From Zygnema circumcarinatum SAG 698-1b (taxonomy: Eukaryota; Plantae; Zygnematophyceae): a DNA stretch of 64,000 nucleotides. Shown here piece by piece: positions 48,001 to 62,682 of this stretch (position 1 is its first letter; each line of letters opens with the position of its first letter). A program made the translations under genes and the position numbers. The stretch is taken from the NCBI GenBank assembly GCA_037447605.1, contig CM074822.1, positions 85,492-149,491 on the forward strand, in the 5' to 3' direction. The notes beneath the pieces were generated by a model, which was given only the letters and a program-made list of their open reading frames with translations, was not told the origin of the DNA and ran no database searches.

Positions 48001-50823
48001 GTTTTCTGGAGGCTGGGGAGAAGTGAAGGCACGGTCGCCGATTGTAAGGCGGCCGGGACGGCCCCCTGTGATAGCAGGGGAAATGGTTGAGAGTGGCTGT
48101 CAGCAAATGGTAGCAGGTGAGACAGGAGAAGGAACAGGGGCAATTGTCAGGCAGGAAGGAAGTTCGGAAGGTCACACTGTGAAGTGCATCGTTACAACGG
48201 AAAAGGGATCGCAGGTAGAAACAGACATGGAGATTATGCAGGGTGATACTCAGAGTGACTTGGTGGTGACCTCCTGTAAGGACCCAGAGTCTGTAAGTGG
48301 TATCTGCCTGGAGAGCGACATAGAAATGAGGATAAGAGAGGGAGCAAACAATAGCTGCACAGACAATAACAACAAAGAGGGGCAGACGTTAGAACTAATG
48401 GAGACGGTGATAGCCCCCCATGAGAGAGTGGGAGATTTTGAAGATGAACACGGTGACCAGGTTAAAGACACACCGCAACGTTCAGTCAACGAAGCTATCG
48501 TTTTTGCAATGCCGGACACAAGGAGCATCGTGGCTGCTGCGACAGGAAAGAGTGAGTCAATCAAGGGGAAGGGAGGAGAGGATATACCGAGTTGCGGTGA
48601 AAGCATTTGTGAAGATAAAACTCGTCGAAGTAGTCATGAGGGTTTTCTCCACTTGCCAGAACATGTGAAGGGAACTGCGGCAATTGAAGTAGGCGAGGAG
48701 TTTCGCAGTGCTGAAGTTGATAGTGGCAAAGTTGAGCAACTGGAGGAAACAGTGGATATTGAGCAGAACAGCCTTGCATCTTTAGTGGAGAAGGGCATGA
48801 ACATGGACAAGGAACAAGTTGATGGCGGCTTTGACTGTCACAAAGTCGCAGAGACCAAAATGACCGATAGAACACCCTCCTCCTTGCCATGCGTGCATGA
48901 GTCAGAACTGGTCACAATCGAATCCGACAAAAAGAAGGAAAGGCGGGAGGCAGAGGAGCAGCCGGAGGGAGAGCAAGGATTAAGGGCTTTAAAGAGGGCT
49001 GCGTGCCGATATGAGCAGCAAAATGAGATGAATCAGCAAGAAAGAGCATTAGACATTCGGGAAGGCGATGAGGAAGAAACAGAGAATCAAGAGCAGGGCA
49101 TTGATTTGAGAGAGAAAGAAGATGGTACAAGTGACCTGGAACAGGCAGGTGACAGGGATATCCCTGTTGTATTAGAAGGAACAGATAGATTAAAAGATGA
49201 GAGGTCAGGGATACTCAAGAAGGAGGCACGTCGGAACAGTGAGGAAGGTGTTTCACAAGATGGCAATGGGATTGTTTTGAATGAAGGGGATGTGCTTCCA
49301 AGGGGAGATGAAGAGAGGTTAGGTCCTGGAGAGGTAGTTTCTGAAGGCAAGTCGACTCGTAGTCCTTCAAGCAGACGTAGAAAACGGCCGCGACAACTGC
49401 TGGAGGAGGGAGTGGATGTTGTGAGAGAATCTCGGAGCAGAAAGAATGCGAGGTCGGCTGAAGGTGATTCAAAAACGCCAACTAGACTATCATCGGATGG
49501 CAAAGTAGCTGACTCAGTGGTTAAGGGAACTCGCCCAAACACGGCAAGGCCCCCCTCTGAAGGTGGTGGCGTTACCCAAGCACGTTGTGCCTATCAAACT
49601 CGACCAGGCAGACGCAGGACCTTTTGTCTGTTACCTGCGAATCTGGGGAGTAAGTTTTGTGGTCAACATGAAAGTGCTTCATGCCGACAGTTAGGAAAGA
49701 CTGCCCTTGGGCAAAATGGCAAGAAAAAGGTAGCTGTAGAGCTGCCTGAACAGGCAAAGAGTAGCAGCGTTCCCTCTGCTCAAAGGTGCGGAACGGCTGC
49801 GGATGGCAGTCAGGAGGAGGGAAGAGTTACTCGCGGAGAGAGCGCAAGGAGGAAGCTGCTTGGAGGTGACCGCAATCTTGAAGCAGATGCGGCGGAGCTT
49901 TCACAAGAGCGTTCTTTGAGGAATTCAGGACAAGGTTGGCGTGGCAAAATCGGTGCAGATTCGGCCCGGCGGTCGACTTCTAAAGCAATGAACCGAAGGC
50001 TTACCTCTGTGCGAAAGGGGCGGACATCCGGTGAGTGGGTTTTGAAGTAACGTCGTCTAGAGGGATAGTAGTCGTTGTGGTGATTGAAGTAATTGGGTTT
50101 CTTAAGCTGAAGATGACCTTGTTTAGTTCACATTACTTCAGATGAGATTTTCTTAGAGGCGTTCAATCTGGCTTCAATTCTCTGTGTAGATTGTCGTTTT
50201 TGCTGCTGTTCTATGGGTACAGACCTGAGATCAGATTGAAACTCCAATTGCTCATTCTGTTCGTTTTGCTAGTTGGTTTCTTATTACACAGATGGGTTCT
50301 GTGTTGCAAGTGTCGAGTTAAACTGAGAACATTCTCTGGCGACTGCACGTAGCCATGTCGTGGTCAGTGTGCAGTGTCAGAGGAACTGATTGGCTGCATG
50401 AGGTACCCCTGAATGTCGTTCTCCTCACAGGAATCAAAATGAGGTTATTCTGATCTTCAATTCTTATCTCGCAGATGTGAAGGAGGAGAGTCCGAAGTCG
50501 GCGGAGAAGAAGAGGCGCAAGAAGGGCACTCTGAAGGTCGCCACTGCTGTCGCCAAAAGTGCGAAGCGGATGCGGAAGCCCGAGTCTCTGTCTTGAAGGA
50601 CCTCCTAGGTGAGAAAACCATGAAGGGGGATGGGGGGGGTGGGGGAGAATTTGGAGTTCACTCTCGAAGGTCGAAATCCATTGAGGGTACATTCAAGGGT
50701 TGCGACGTAAGCACTTCGTCCGCTGTGGAGATCAGTGATTTGGATCATGCGGATTTCTACCCAGAGTGCTTGGGGGTGCGCGGACGGAGGGCGACCTTCA
50801 AAAAGAAAGGGGGGAAAAGGTAA
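45077..50823 (+). CDS. Very large, mostly disordered protein with one TRM13-type CCCH zinc finger; 4.95-kb first coding exon; 3' end uncertain (stop at 50596 or 50823)
   Basis: 1657-aa open frame rich in S/E/G/A. CAYQTRPGRRRTFCLLPANLGSKFCGQH at about 49585-49670. Donor CCG|GTGAGT at 50031 and a plausible acceptor at 50474. Basic NLS-like patches. Confidence 0.75.
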
Positions 50824-51095
50824 CCATGTACATCGCGAGCGGAGGAAGGGACCTTTTAATAATGTTCTGCGCGAGCTGTCTAGTTCCTATTTCTTTTTCA
50901 TAGGATGTAAATATTTTGCACATAGGTGTCGAGAACAGAGATGCCCGTTTAGTCCGTTTAGTGAGCTCGGTAGTACATTGTCTCCATTTTACAAGTATAA
51001 CCTTACTTCTTCTTTTTAAAACTCTTTGGCTTTGAATATTGACCAAATCACATGGTCGCTGGAACCACGGTGAACGCGACACATAAAAAAAATGT

Positions 51096-54000
51096 TCAAT
51101 GAAGTCTCTGTTCACGCTGTTCTTGATGTTGTTGAACATCATGTTGTTCTTGCTCATCCTCTCCTTCCATGTCTGCACGCCTTTTTCGCCGTTCCTGCCT
51201 ATGCAAAGCACGAGTGGGGAGGGTGCCTGCCGCCCTCACAGGGGGGCTGGGCCGGTATTGGTGCCACCTGCCGTAGGGCTTCGGGTCCTCTGAGAATGGC
51301 CTCAAACGCGGAGCATCTATGCACGCAGCGCTGCAGCATCCCTTGCAGCTGCGAGCACAGGAAGGGCATATCCTGCACCGTTCATCCGCAGCACTCGCAG
51401 CCAGTCAGACTTGAAAACATCAATATGGAATTCGTCTTTGAAATTAACACTTTTACTTCGCTAGTACGTTAGTACGTGGGAAATCGTTTGAAAGCTATCT
51501 AACGAATGGCAGCCACACATATCTCGCCTGTAGATAACTTGTTGCATATCCCTCATAGCTCATCCACGCGCTGGAAGCCTCACAATGCATTTTATTTGTT
51601 ATTTGTTTTTCTACAGAAGCTACTCAACGTTGCCAGTCTTTCAGAACAAAGCTGTGAAGCCAACAAAGCAGCGGAGTTAGGGCTAATGTAAACTTACAAG
51701 AAGAGAATGTTGCAATCGAGGTTTGCACAGTTGCGGTGGTGGATGTTTTCCAATTGGCTTTTGCAGGATGAGCATGTGGCAAACAGAGATGAGTGTGTGC
51801 CGCCATCAGCCTCTGGCCCAGCCCTAAGCTCGTCCTCTTCCCCCACATCGATCGAACCCCCCGAGTTTATAAGGGCAGCCCCCTCCTTGTATTCTTGAGG
51901 TTGCACCGCCAATCTGGAATCGAAAACAAAGAGGCTTCCCACCCACAGCTTGCTCCCTTCCTCTTTGAGAAAACGCGCAACGCCCCCCTGCAGAGAGTAC
52001 AAGTTTTGAAACCCTTTTTTTCTGCACAGCTCAGGACAAGAACAAGCTTCAGAATTGTAAGCAAAGCATCTGAACAAAAGACATACAGGCGCTTTTACTT
52101 GAAAAAGCAAAATATATATATGCCCAGGTGCAATGAAAAAATGACTACATCATCCGCTATTGTTTAGTAGAGTGTTGGCCTCTTGCCGAGAGACATGTTC
52201 CTGCTTACGAAAAGCTCATCAATCTGGTAGAGGACAAACCTGAGAATCGTAGAGTATACATCACAGCGAATGCCGCCGGTGCAGTACATCAGAATGTCGG
52301 TATTGTCTTTGTCCACTCCTGCAAGCGGATCCTCCATTGCATCCTGCTCCAAAAAGTGCACTGACTTCATTATATTTGACTGCCTTACGGTTCCATAAAT
52401 GTCGTTGAAAAGACACATACAACACATTTTTATCAGCACGCACTACAGATACGAAAAAGCGAAAACAACTAAAAAAACAACATTGACCTGCCGCTGAGCG
52501 TGCTTCCCGGTATAAAACAGACTGTTGGAAGAGCATGCATTCATATAGGAGAAAGCCATTGTAGTAACGGATGGGTTGCTAAACATGATTTCTGATCTTT
52601 GCATCTAGCCACTTTGCTTTTGGTGGAAGTGAAAAGACTTAGCTAACACTCATACATTGCCAAAAGCTAAGCCGGTAAGCAGTCGCACCTTATCAGTAGA
52701 CAGTCCAAAGTCTGTTGTCCGAAAACTGTCTACAGATGGTCGCTGTGAATCCTTGAAGTGTCCAATGTCCCATTCGTAGCCTGATGCTCACCCACAACAA
52801 GCTGCATCAACGACTGTCGTTTATATCATCCACTTTTTTAAAGAAATGGAACAAGAGAAAGGTTGTAATGTGCCAGTCTCCTTCTTCGTCACTCACTGAT
52901 GTCAGACTTAAAAAACGTTAGTATGCGTGTTCGTAAGTTTGACACCAGAACGAGTACTCCAGTAACATCGCGATCCTTTAGCGGCGGAGTACTTTCGTAA
53001 CGTTTTTCTTCGTAACGCTTTGCGTAAGATTTTGTTAAGTCTGAAACCCCCTATTGGAAGACTGGCAATGCAATGACATGCTGACGATAAAGTTCTGATT
53101 TCAACGTATACAAACCAAAATCATTCCTTTTCACATTCGTGCCCGCACAACTCGACACAGAAACTAAAGAGCTTCCCAAAACCAAGCATAGCTCACCATT
53201 CCTCACATCCAGAAGCAATACTTGTCTCTTGAAGGCAGAAACTTCTGCAAACGGAGCCCTTGTTGATTGATTCAACTCGTTAACCTTCCTCTCCCTCTCG
53301 ATTGCATTGGTCTCCTCACAGCTCCCCCCCTTCCCTTGTGAAACTTTGCTGTCAGCAGAGTTTCGTGCAGCTTCAAGCCTCTCTCGCCATTGTTGGGGAC
53401 TCAAGGGAACTGCTCGCTGAGAGGGATCGGTGAGAGGCAAATCCGATGTGCCCCCTTCCACCTGGTTGGCATCAAACTGTCAGAGAACTGGAGGCTAATG
53501 CTTGAAAACCTTGTCAAATTTCTTCAAACCAGAGGAAGAAGAAGAAGAAGAAGAAGAAGAAGAAGAAGAAGAAGAAGAAGAAGAAGAAGAAGAAGAAGAA
53601 GAAGAAGAAGAAGAAGAAGAAGAAGAAGAAGAAGAAGAAGAAGAAGAAGAAGAAGAAGAAGAAGAAGAAGAAGAAGAAGAAGAAGAAGAAGAAGAAGGAG
53701 CTCTCTCACCTAACTAAGAGACATACGCGCAATGTAACTGGACTCCTAGAAGGTCCAAACAGATCCAATAGCTTGCTGAGGATGGTAGTGCCATACAGAC
53801 TAGGTGGACTTTTGTAATTCATGACAGTCCAGCTTCATATAGAGAAAGCTCACCTGGACAAGAGAAGGCTTGTACCGAAGCCGCAACCGAGGAAATGCAT
53901 GCCCGTCAGGTGATCGAGAAACTTGAAGAAAGACTCCTTCGAAGCGTGCATCCGCTCTGACCCACTCCCCGTAGACCAACACATCATCCAGAGTTCCACT

Positions 54001-55630
54001 GAGCTGCCAACAAGCAAAACACAAACATGGAAAGTCTGAGCAAGTTGGTCCAGCGACAATGTCACTTAGCTCTCGCCAACAGTGAATACAGCGTACGACA
54101 ATTCCAGCGGGAGTGAGATGGTCTTGAATTAGCAACGGGAACATACACAATGCAATCCCGTAACACATCAGGTCCGCCACAACAAAATGCGCTTTGCTGA
54201 ATCCTGAAACGAAAACGATGCCTTAAAAAGCTTGTATGCCGGAGCGCATTGAATGAGTTTGAACAGTTGGCTTACCTGGGCATTGATTCCCTGCTCATTA
54301 ATATAAATACGGCCATGGTAGTCCCTTCCCTGCAGACAGCCAACAGTTCCCAAATTAGCATACGAGAACTCTATTTGCACACAGGAAACACGACGCATTA
54401 GAGTTTTGGAATTTGAACCTGTCGATCTAAAACTAGAAACCGGGGCTACACTATAAGATACACATATTACTTGTTCACATCTTGCACTTTCATTAACTTG
54501 TTGCACTTCGTTTTCAGGTGAACAAGCAATTGCAGGTGAGCACTGGAATTATAAGGGGATCTTGAGTTTCGATATCGACTCCAATGATACAATTGTGAAA
54601 AGAGAACATACGTTCAACATTGAATTAGAGCATCCCTTTCGGCGAGGTTTTCAAAAGTGTAGTGAAATAATGGAATGTTTAAAGACACATTGAAAGGGTA
54701 AGCTTCAAGTTCTTTCTACGTGAAGTGTTTGTGTGCGAGGTTGATGACGTATTGATTTTCCGATCAGACTGTAAGATGCTTGTTGGACGTAAGCTTCACA
54801 ATGTTTCCTTCAGTCCAATGTATTCTTCGAACATGGAAAAAATGCCTGCAATTATGCAGAAAAACAAAAAGTCCAGCTCCTGCTTTCAACACCTTCATAA
54901 ACTCTCGATGCCGCTCCACCTCTTCGTAAGGGTCTTCAATCTTCGTGAAATGATAAAAGTTCAGGACTGCATAATCTTCCTTCCGACTACCATCATAAGA
55001 CTGTGCCTCCGTCCCCAACCCGCTGCTACTTTCCAATGTTGATTCTTGGTCACTTTCAGATGTTGAAACGGAGCTATGATCTTTCCAGCCACCTCCCTCC
55101 TCTTCTTCCCACTCACTCAAATGCTCGTCTTGCACAAAACTCGACGAAGAAATGTAATGCCCTTGACACCGTACCCTCCACCCTCTGCACATTCGAAGTT
55201 CTGAACATGTTTGCGATGCGGTTCCTTTGATCTCCCCTCCTTTCACAGCAATTCGATGCCCGGCCTTAGTCGCTTGATTACGAAAGTGTCCCTTCCTTCC
55301 TGAACATGCCTCCCCTTGCCGTGGCAGCCATGAACTTGTAATTACTACATTTCCAAGATCTCCTTTCAGAGGTCCTGCAAGCCTCCCATGCGCTGTTGCC
55401 GTGTCGGAGACTTGCAGCCGAGGACGCCAACGACTCCTGAAAGCTCCACGCGCCGCCATGGAAGTACGCAGCAAGCTCGCAGGGAGGCGGGTTATGCTCT
55501 GCGCTGGAAGATACGCCATGGCCACTGAGGGCTGAGCGTGCCTGCTCCACAAGGAAAGGTCTCCCACCGCCATGGCCCACTTCCGCTCGCTTTGAAAGTG
55601 AAACCCTGAAAGAAAGTGATACTGCGTCAT
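51096..55630 (-). CDS. STR8: Rhodanese-like protein 8 / TrhO (YceA, UPF0176)-family protein with a transit-like N-terminus
   Basis: YAVLNFYHFTKIEDPYEEVERHREF | GRDYHGRIYINEQGINAQ | LSG..HAFPRLRLRYKPSLVQ | LSPQQWRERL..LLLDVRN | YEWDIGHF | ILMYCTGGIRCDVYS | KGFQNLYSLQGGVARFL..WVGSLFVFDSRL..RNCANLDCNILFL | ICPSC..GCCSAAC..YGRWHQYR. Confidence 0.92.
53534..53697. repeat. (GAA)n microsatellite, about 54 units, in an STR8 intron
   Basis: Direct sequence. Confidence 0.98.
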
Positions 55631-55810
55631 CTTTTATTGAAACCCTAAACGGCGGTAAAAGGTGGGACAGGCTTCAGAAGAGTGTTTTCGGGTGGCTTTG
55701 ATTATTTCTAGAGCAGACTGAGGGTCGGAAGTGGAAAGGAGTGAGTGAGATCTTGCAGCTGGTTCCGTTCCATCGCTATTGGCATCAGCTGTGGTGAGAG
55801 CCGCTGACAG

Positions 55811-57932
<2,122 letters not shown>

Positions 57933-58369
57933 GGCAGTGTGGGCAGGCTTTGGCTGCGTGCCTTCGTCTGAATCACTCGTGGTTTGTTTGTGTTGGTGTG
58001 CCGCGGGACTTGCTTGCTCGCCTCTCATGGCGGCACAGGGCGATGTGTGCGGATGCATGGATGGATGTGTATGTGTGCCTCTGCGTGTGTGTGGAAGGGC
58101 ATGGAGGGTTTCGACTTCTTTACATCTCATGCTTGAGGGCGTGCCGCTGTGTGCTTTCGTTTCGTGCTTATTCAAAGGCGATGTTGAGATGAACTGGTTC
58201 CAAACTTTAGTCGGGTAAATGATGACTAGGCCCGGGTGACTAAACCACAGACCACTTCAATAAGTTGCCTGGGAGTGTTTACGAGACCATCAATCACGTG
58301 TTTAGTTACTTGGCCGCGCCTTCCTTACGTTTTCTTTTCCCCCAAGTACCAAAACTTGCCCCAAAAGCC

Positions 58370-58618
58370 CATGCCATGTCCATGTCCATGCCCATGCCCA
58401 TGCCCATGTCCATGCCCATGTCCATGTCCATGCCCATGTCCATGCCCATGTCCATGTCCATGCCCATGTCCATGCCCATGTCCATGTCCATGCCCATGTC
58501 CATGTCCATGTCCATGCCCATGTCCATGTCCATGCCCATGTCCATGTCCATGCCCATGTCCATGTCCATGCCCATGTCCATGCCCATGCCCATGTCCATG
58601 TCCATGTCCATGCCCATG
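58370..58618. repeat. (CATGTC/CATGCC)n hexamer microsatellite
   Basis: About 41 interleaved units of two hexamer variants. Confidence 0.97.
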
Positions 58619-58696
58619 TGCCGTCAGCCCGCCAACATAGAACCATTCTCAGCGCACCGTCCGTACGCATGTTTGCCTTGAACCGCGTTTTTCTTG

Positions 58697-58965
58697 GGGT
58701 AGTGCTAAGTTCACACCTTTTTTGTCTAGATACAGACCTTTTTCCGCCGGGCAGATTTTAAAATACACAAGAAGGAACTAAAAACGGAAAATGCTTTTTT
58801 GACACCGGAATCAATACACACCTTCATACGTCGGGCAAATTTTACCGGTGTGTATCGACTTTAAAAAGCATTTTCCGTTTTTAATCCTTTTTTGTCTATT
58901 TTAAAATCTGCCCGGTGAAAAAAGGTCTGTGTCTAGACAAAAAAGGTGTGAATTTAGCACTACCC
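58697..58965. mobile_element. 269-bp MITE (fold-back element) with ~100-bp imperfect TIRs and a probable 8-bp TSD
   Basis: The left end GGGTAGTGCTAAGTTCACACCTTTTTTGTCTAGA pairs with the right end TCTAGACAAAAAAGGTGTGAATTTAGCACTACCC, and pairing continues to ..AAAAACGGAAAATGCTTTTT. Flanks are TTTTCTTG (58689-58696) and TGTTCTTG (58966-58973), a 7/8 match. No coding capacity. Confidence 0.88.
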
Positions 58966-59291
58966 TGTTCTTGTTACTCTCGAGCCTCTCGGGCGTACGA
59001 AAGTGTACGGTATTGTACGGCAGAGGCCCTTTGGGCCGCCTTGGGCCGCCCCCGCCCCCTCCGAGCAGTGAGGGTGGGAGGCGGCCCTTGCGGGAGGGGG
59101 CGGGCCGGCCTTACAATGTGCACTGGGGCTGCGGTGGAGGGAGTGAGAGAGAGAGATAGGGGGAGATAGGGAGAAAGGGAGAGTGAGAGAGAGAGAGAGT
59201 CTGCAGGAGCGGGTGAAAGAGGGGAAGGAGAAGGGGTCGGTGAAGCCCTCGTTTATTAGATTTTGGCACACTTGTGAGGTAGTGGGCGGCC

Positions 59292-62200
59292 ATGGTGTCC
59301 GGCGTTACGGAGCTTTTTTGTATTCAGACGGGGTGCTTTGTTCCAGCTCCCGCGTTACCTGGTCGTGTGCAATTTGGAAATTTGGCTGGGGTAAGATTTT
59401 CTACTAATAGAAGATCGTTGCGTCTGAATTCGGTAAAGCAAGTATGCCAGAGCAGGTTGCAGCTCCAAGTCGGCGACTTTCAGCCTCAGGAATCTTTGTC
59501 AGCTGATAGTCCACCAAGTGCTGGCGCACACTCTCCCTTTAATGAGTATTATTGCGAGAATGGCCGCCATCAAGGGTTCGCTTCACTAGCAGTGCGGCCT
59601 TTACCCTTTCATAGTGAGCCCGGTCAGTTTGTGCGAGAGAATGCAAACGCATCTCGGCCCTTGGTCAGGGAAGCGATCCCCATAGTTAGTGAAGCTCAGC
59701 CGTTGGAAAGGGACTGTGAGAGCGATGATATCGCAACTCAGTTGCCAGAGTTGAGAGAGGCATTGGAGCTGTTAAGAAAGAAGAATTTGGCTGCGAGTGG
59801 TAATGACTATGACCATGGGCGCAGCAAGCTGGGAAGCGTATATTTGGTGGGGACAGGTCCGGGGGATAGCGAACTCCTTACATGTGAGCTCTTTGGCTTC
59901 CTGGCTGCCCTTTTCTTAGAAACACTGGCAGTTGTTGCTCTAGGGGAAAACAAGGAAAACTAAGAGTATCGTTGCTGGATAATTTTGAACTCTGTGACTA
60001 CTAATGCACATTTTTAATTTCATGTCTAGTTGTAGTGAGATTCCGGTTAATCTGAACATAATCTGTTAATCTGAAGCCTGAACTTTTTCTCAATTATTGG
60101 AGCTATAATTCATCAGTGTAACTTGCATCAGTTATAGCGCTATGGTGACTTGCTATTCAAACACCTTGTAAGCAGCTTTATCTCTCGTATATCTGCCTTC
60201 TGAGAACATGCGGTAGTCTGAATTCTGCGTCTCAATACTTGTTGGTTTGGAAGTCGCCTTTGTGCAATCTTGCGGCACAGTGTCTAGAAAAGTCTCTGGT
60301 TCCAGATTTGCTTGCATGGAAATTAGTGAAGGACACTGACGTGATTGCTTTATTATCTGCTTGCAGTGAAGGCGTACAGGTTGCTCCAAAGTGCAGATTT
60401 TGTTCTGTATGACCGGCTTGTAGCTACTGATATTTTAGATATGATTCATCCTGGAGCGCGGTTGCTCTATGTTGGAAAAACTGCAGGATACCACAGTCGG
60501 ACGCAGGTATGTACTGATCAGCAAAGCTCGTGAGGCGTGTCAACTTGTGGGCAGGAAATTCAGAAGTTTTTTCGTAACGGAGAACACACGTGTTGAGCCA
60601 TTTAGAGCCCTTCTTTGACTGCTTTCGTCACAATAGAGAATTTCTACTCGGCATTTCATGTGTAGTAATCGTTACTTGTCCTTGTAACGAGTCTCTGCTA
60701 ATCGGACGGGCAGAAGAAATAACTTGCATTGATCTGACTATGGCGATGCCATCAATTTTACATGGGCGAAACAACAAGGGCAATCAAGGGGAACCGGTCA
60801 CAAAGGACTTCAGGACAATAAGACGGGGACAATAGAAAGGGTAGGCTCTGACAGGTGTCTGTGGGTTGCTGGAATTTCGGGAATTCAGGAAGAAATACAT
60901 GAGCTGCTATTAGCATTCGCTGAGGCTGGGTCGACTGTGGTGCGCCTCAAAGGGGGTGATCCACTGGTAAGGCTGGCTTTGAAAAAGCTGAATTTGGTTG
61001 GTTCGTTAGCATTTCCTCATTTTGCTGGCCATTACATTTACTTCAGACTACTAAACTCCAAACGTTGCAGCTTTGATTACAAGACATGCATTCGCAATTT
61101 TTTCACGATAAAGCTTCGAACGGTCGTGCTGCTCTTTAAGTCCACGGGAAACGCTACTTGCAATTTCTATTGTTGCGTCAATGAGCTGTGAAGCACATGA
61201 TAGATGACAGACTGACAGGCGTGCCTGAGGGTACAGGTATTTGGAAGAGGTGGAGAAGAAATGGATTTTCTTCAAGAGAGGGGCATCAAAGTCGATGTTG
61301 TTCCAGGTGGGGGGGCAGCACAGTCCTGAATGATCATGCTCAACTCGCTTGACCTCCCTCCTCTAGCTACTTTCGTATTGCAGGATCACTCTATTTTTTC
61401 ATTGGAACTGTCAGAACTTTTAGCTCACCAAATTTTTGCCAATGAAATTTTTAGTAAGCATGACGAGAAAGGGAAAGTAGAGGGTAAATGGATGGGGGAG
61501 GGAGAGATTCTCACTTTCAGGAACTTGTTTCCATTTCATTTTAGTAGTGCAATTTCACTTAACAAGTTAGAGGATGATTCTTTCTTTTCAGGTATCACGG
61601 CTGCCTCTGGGATTGCAGCCGAGTTAGGCATTCCCTTAACGCACCGGGGAGTGGCAAATAGGTGAGCAAAGCATGCCTCCAGTAAGCCGATTTCTTGAAA
61701 ACTTTGGAAATAGCAGTGCAAGGAGTTGGAGAGGGGTACATGTGCTGGAAAATGAACGAATTACCACTTTGGGAACAGTTGACGGGAAAAATCGTAGACA
61801 AATGCTGAAATCTTATAGGAAGCAGAGCTGTAGGTGCCCTCTTGATTCATCAACGACATTACCATTGAAATGGCCATTTTGACCTATCCACCTCACTTTT
61901 AGTCCTTTTCTTGACCCAGTCACCTCTGTTTCCTAAACTGTTCCTTTTTTTGGTTTGCAGTGTTCGGTTTTTAACTGGTCATTCTCGCAAAGGTGGTGAA
62001 GACCCTCTATATGTGATGGAATCTGCTGCTGATCCTGACTCGACCCTCGTCATCTACATGGGCCTTGCCACCCTCCCCGGCATGGCCCAAAAGTTGATTG
62101 CTAATGGCCTGCCAGCATCTACACCGGCAGTTGCAGTCGAGAGGGGGACTACACCCAGTCAGCGTACGGTAAGCTAAGGGAAGCTCATGCATTGCTGCGA

Positions 62201-62682
62201 CTTTCAATGCTCCATGTTTGGGAGACACTACTTGTTTCCAATCACGAAACGGTTGTTGGATAGGAGACATATGGTAGATGCGAAGAAGAAGAAGAAGAAG
62301 AAGAAGTCGTAGCTGACATAGGAATTGGGCTCAATGTATGACCCCTCTGACCCAGTAAGGGTTTGTCACATGCCTGCAGGTTTTCGCTCAACTGAAGGAT
62401 CTGCCAAAAGCAGTTGAAGCTGCCCAACTTGTATCACCGACTCTCATTTTGGTCGGCCAAGTTGTGGCCCTATCCCACCTGTGGCCCAGGAGCACTGCAG
62501 CAGCCGACGACCAATCAGAATGTTCCACTTTGGCTCCCTCTGAAGTGGAGACAACACCGGGAGTCGGCCCTTCACAGTCTGTCATAAGGAAAGGCGGGGG
62601 GGAGCCAAGAAACAGAACGTTGAGAGGGGCAGATCCCTCTCTGCCTAGCCAGCGCAGCAGTTCAGAGGTCCGTCCCTTGTAG
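59292..62682 (+). CDS. UPM1: Uroporphyrinogen-III C-methyltransferase (siroheme synthesis), plastid-targeted
   Basis: LPELREALELL..GSVYLVGTGPGDSELLT | LKAYRLLQSADFVLYDRLV..LLYVGKTAGYHSRTQ | EEIHELLL..VVRLKGGDPL | VFGRGGEE..VVPG | ITAASGIAAELGIPLTHRGVAN | VRFLTGHSRKGG..DSTLVIYMGL..AVERGTTPSQRT | ..LVSPTLILVGQVVALSHLWP. Confidence 0.95.
60724..60763 (+). repeat. Dispersed 40-bp motif, copy C (in a UPM1 intron)
   Basis: TTGCATTGATCTGACTATGGCGATGCCATCAATTTTACAT; 34/40 identical to copy B. Confidence 0.85.

Noticed and set aside
58226-58317. Weak ~20-bp inverted repeat (GGCC..ACTAAAC / GTTTAGTT..GGCC) next to an ATGATGA box-C-like word
   Set aside because: Several mismatches, no TSD, no matching box D and no second copy in the window.
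59850-59885. UPM1 motif GPGDS instead of the usual GPGDP
   Set aside because: A single substitution with all other motifs and splice phases intact is not enough to claim altered function.
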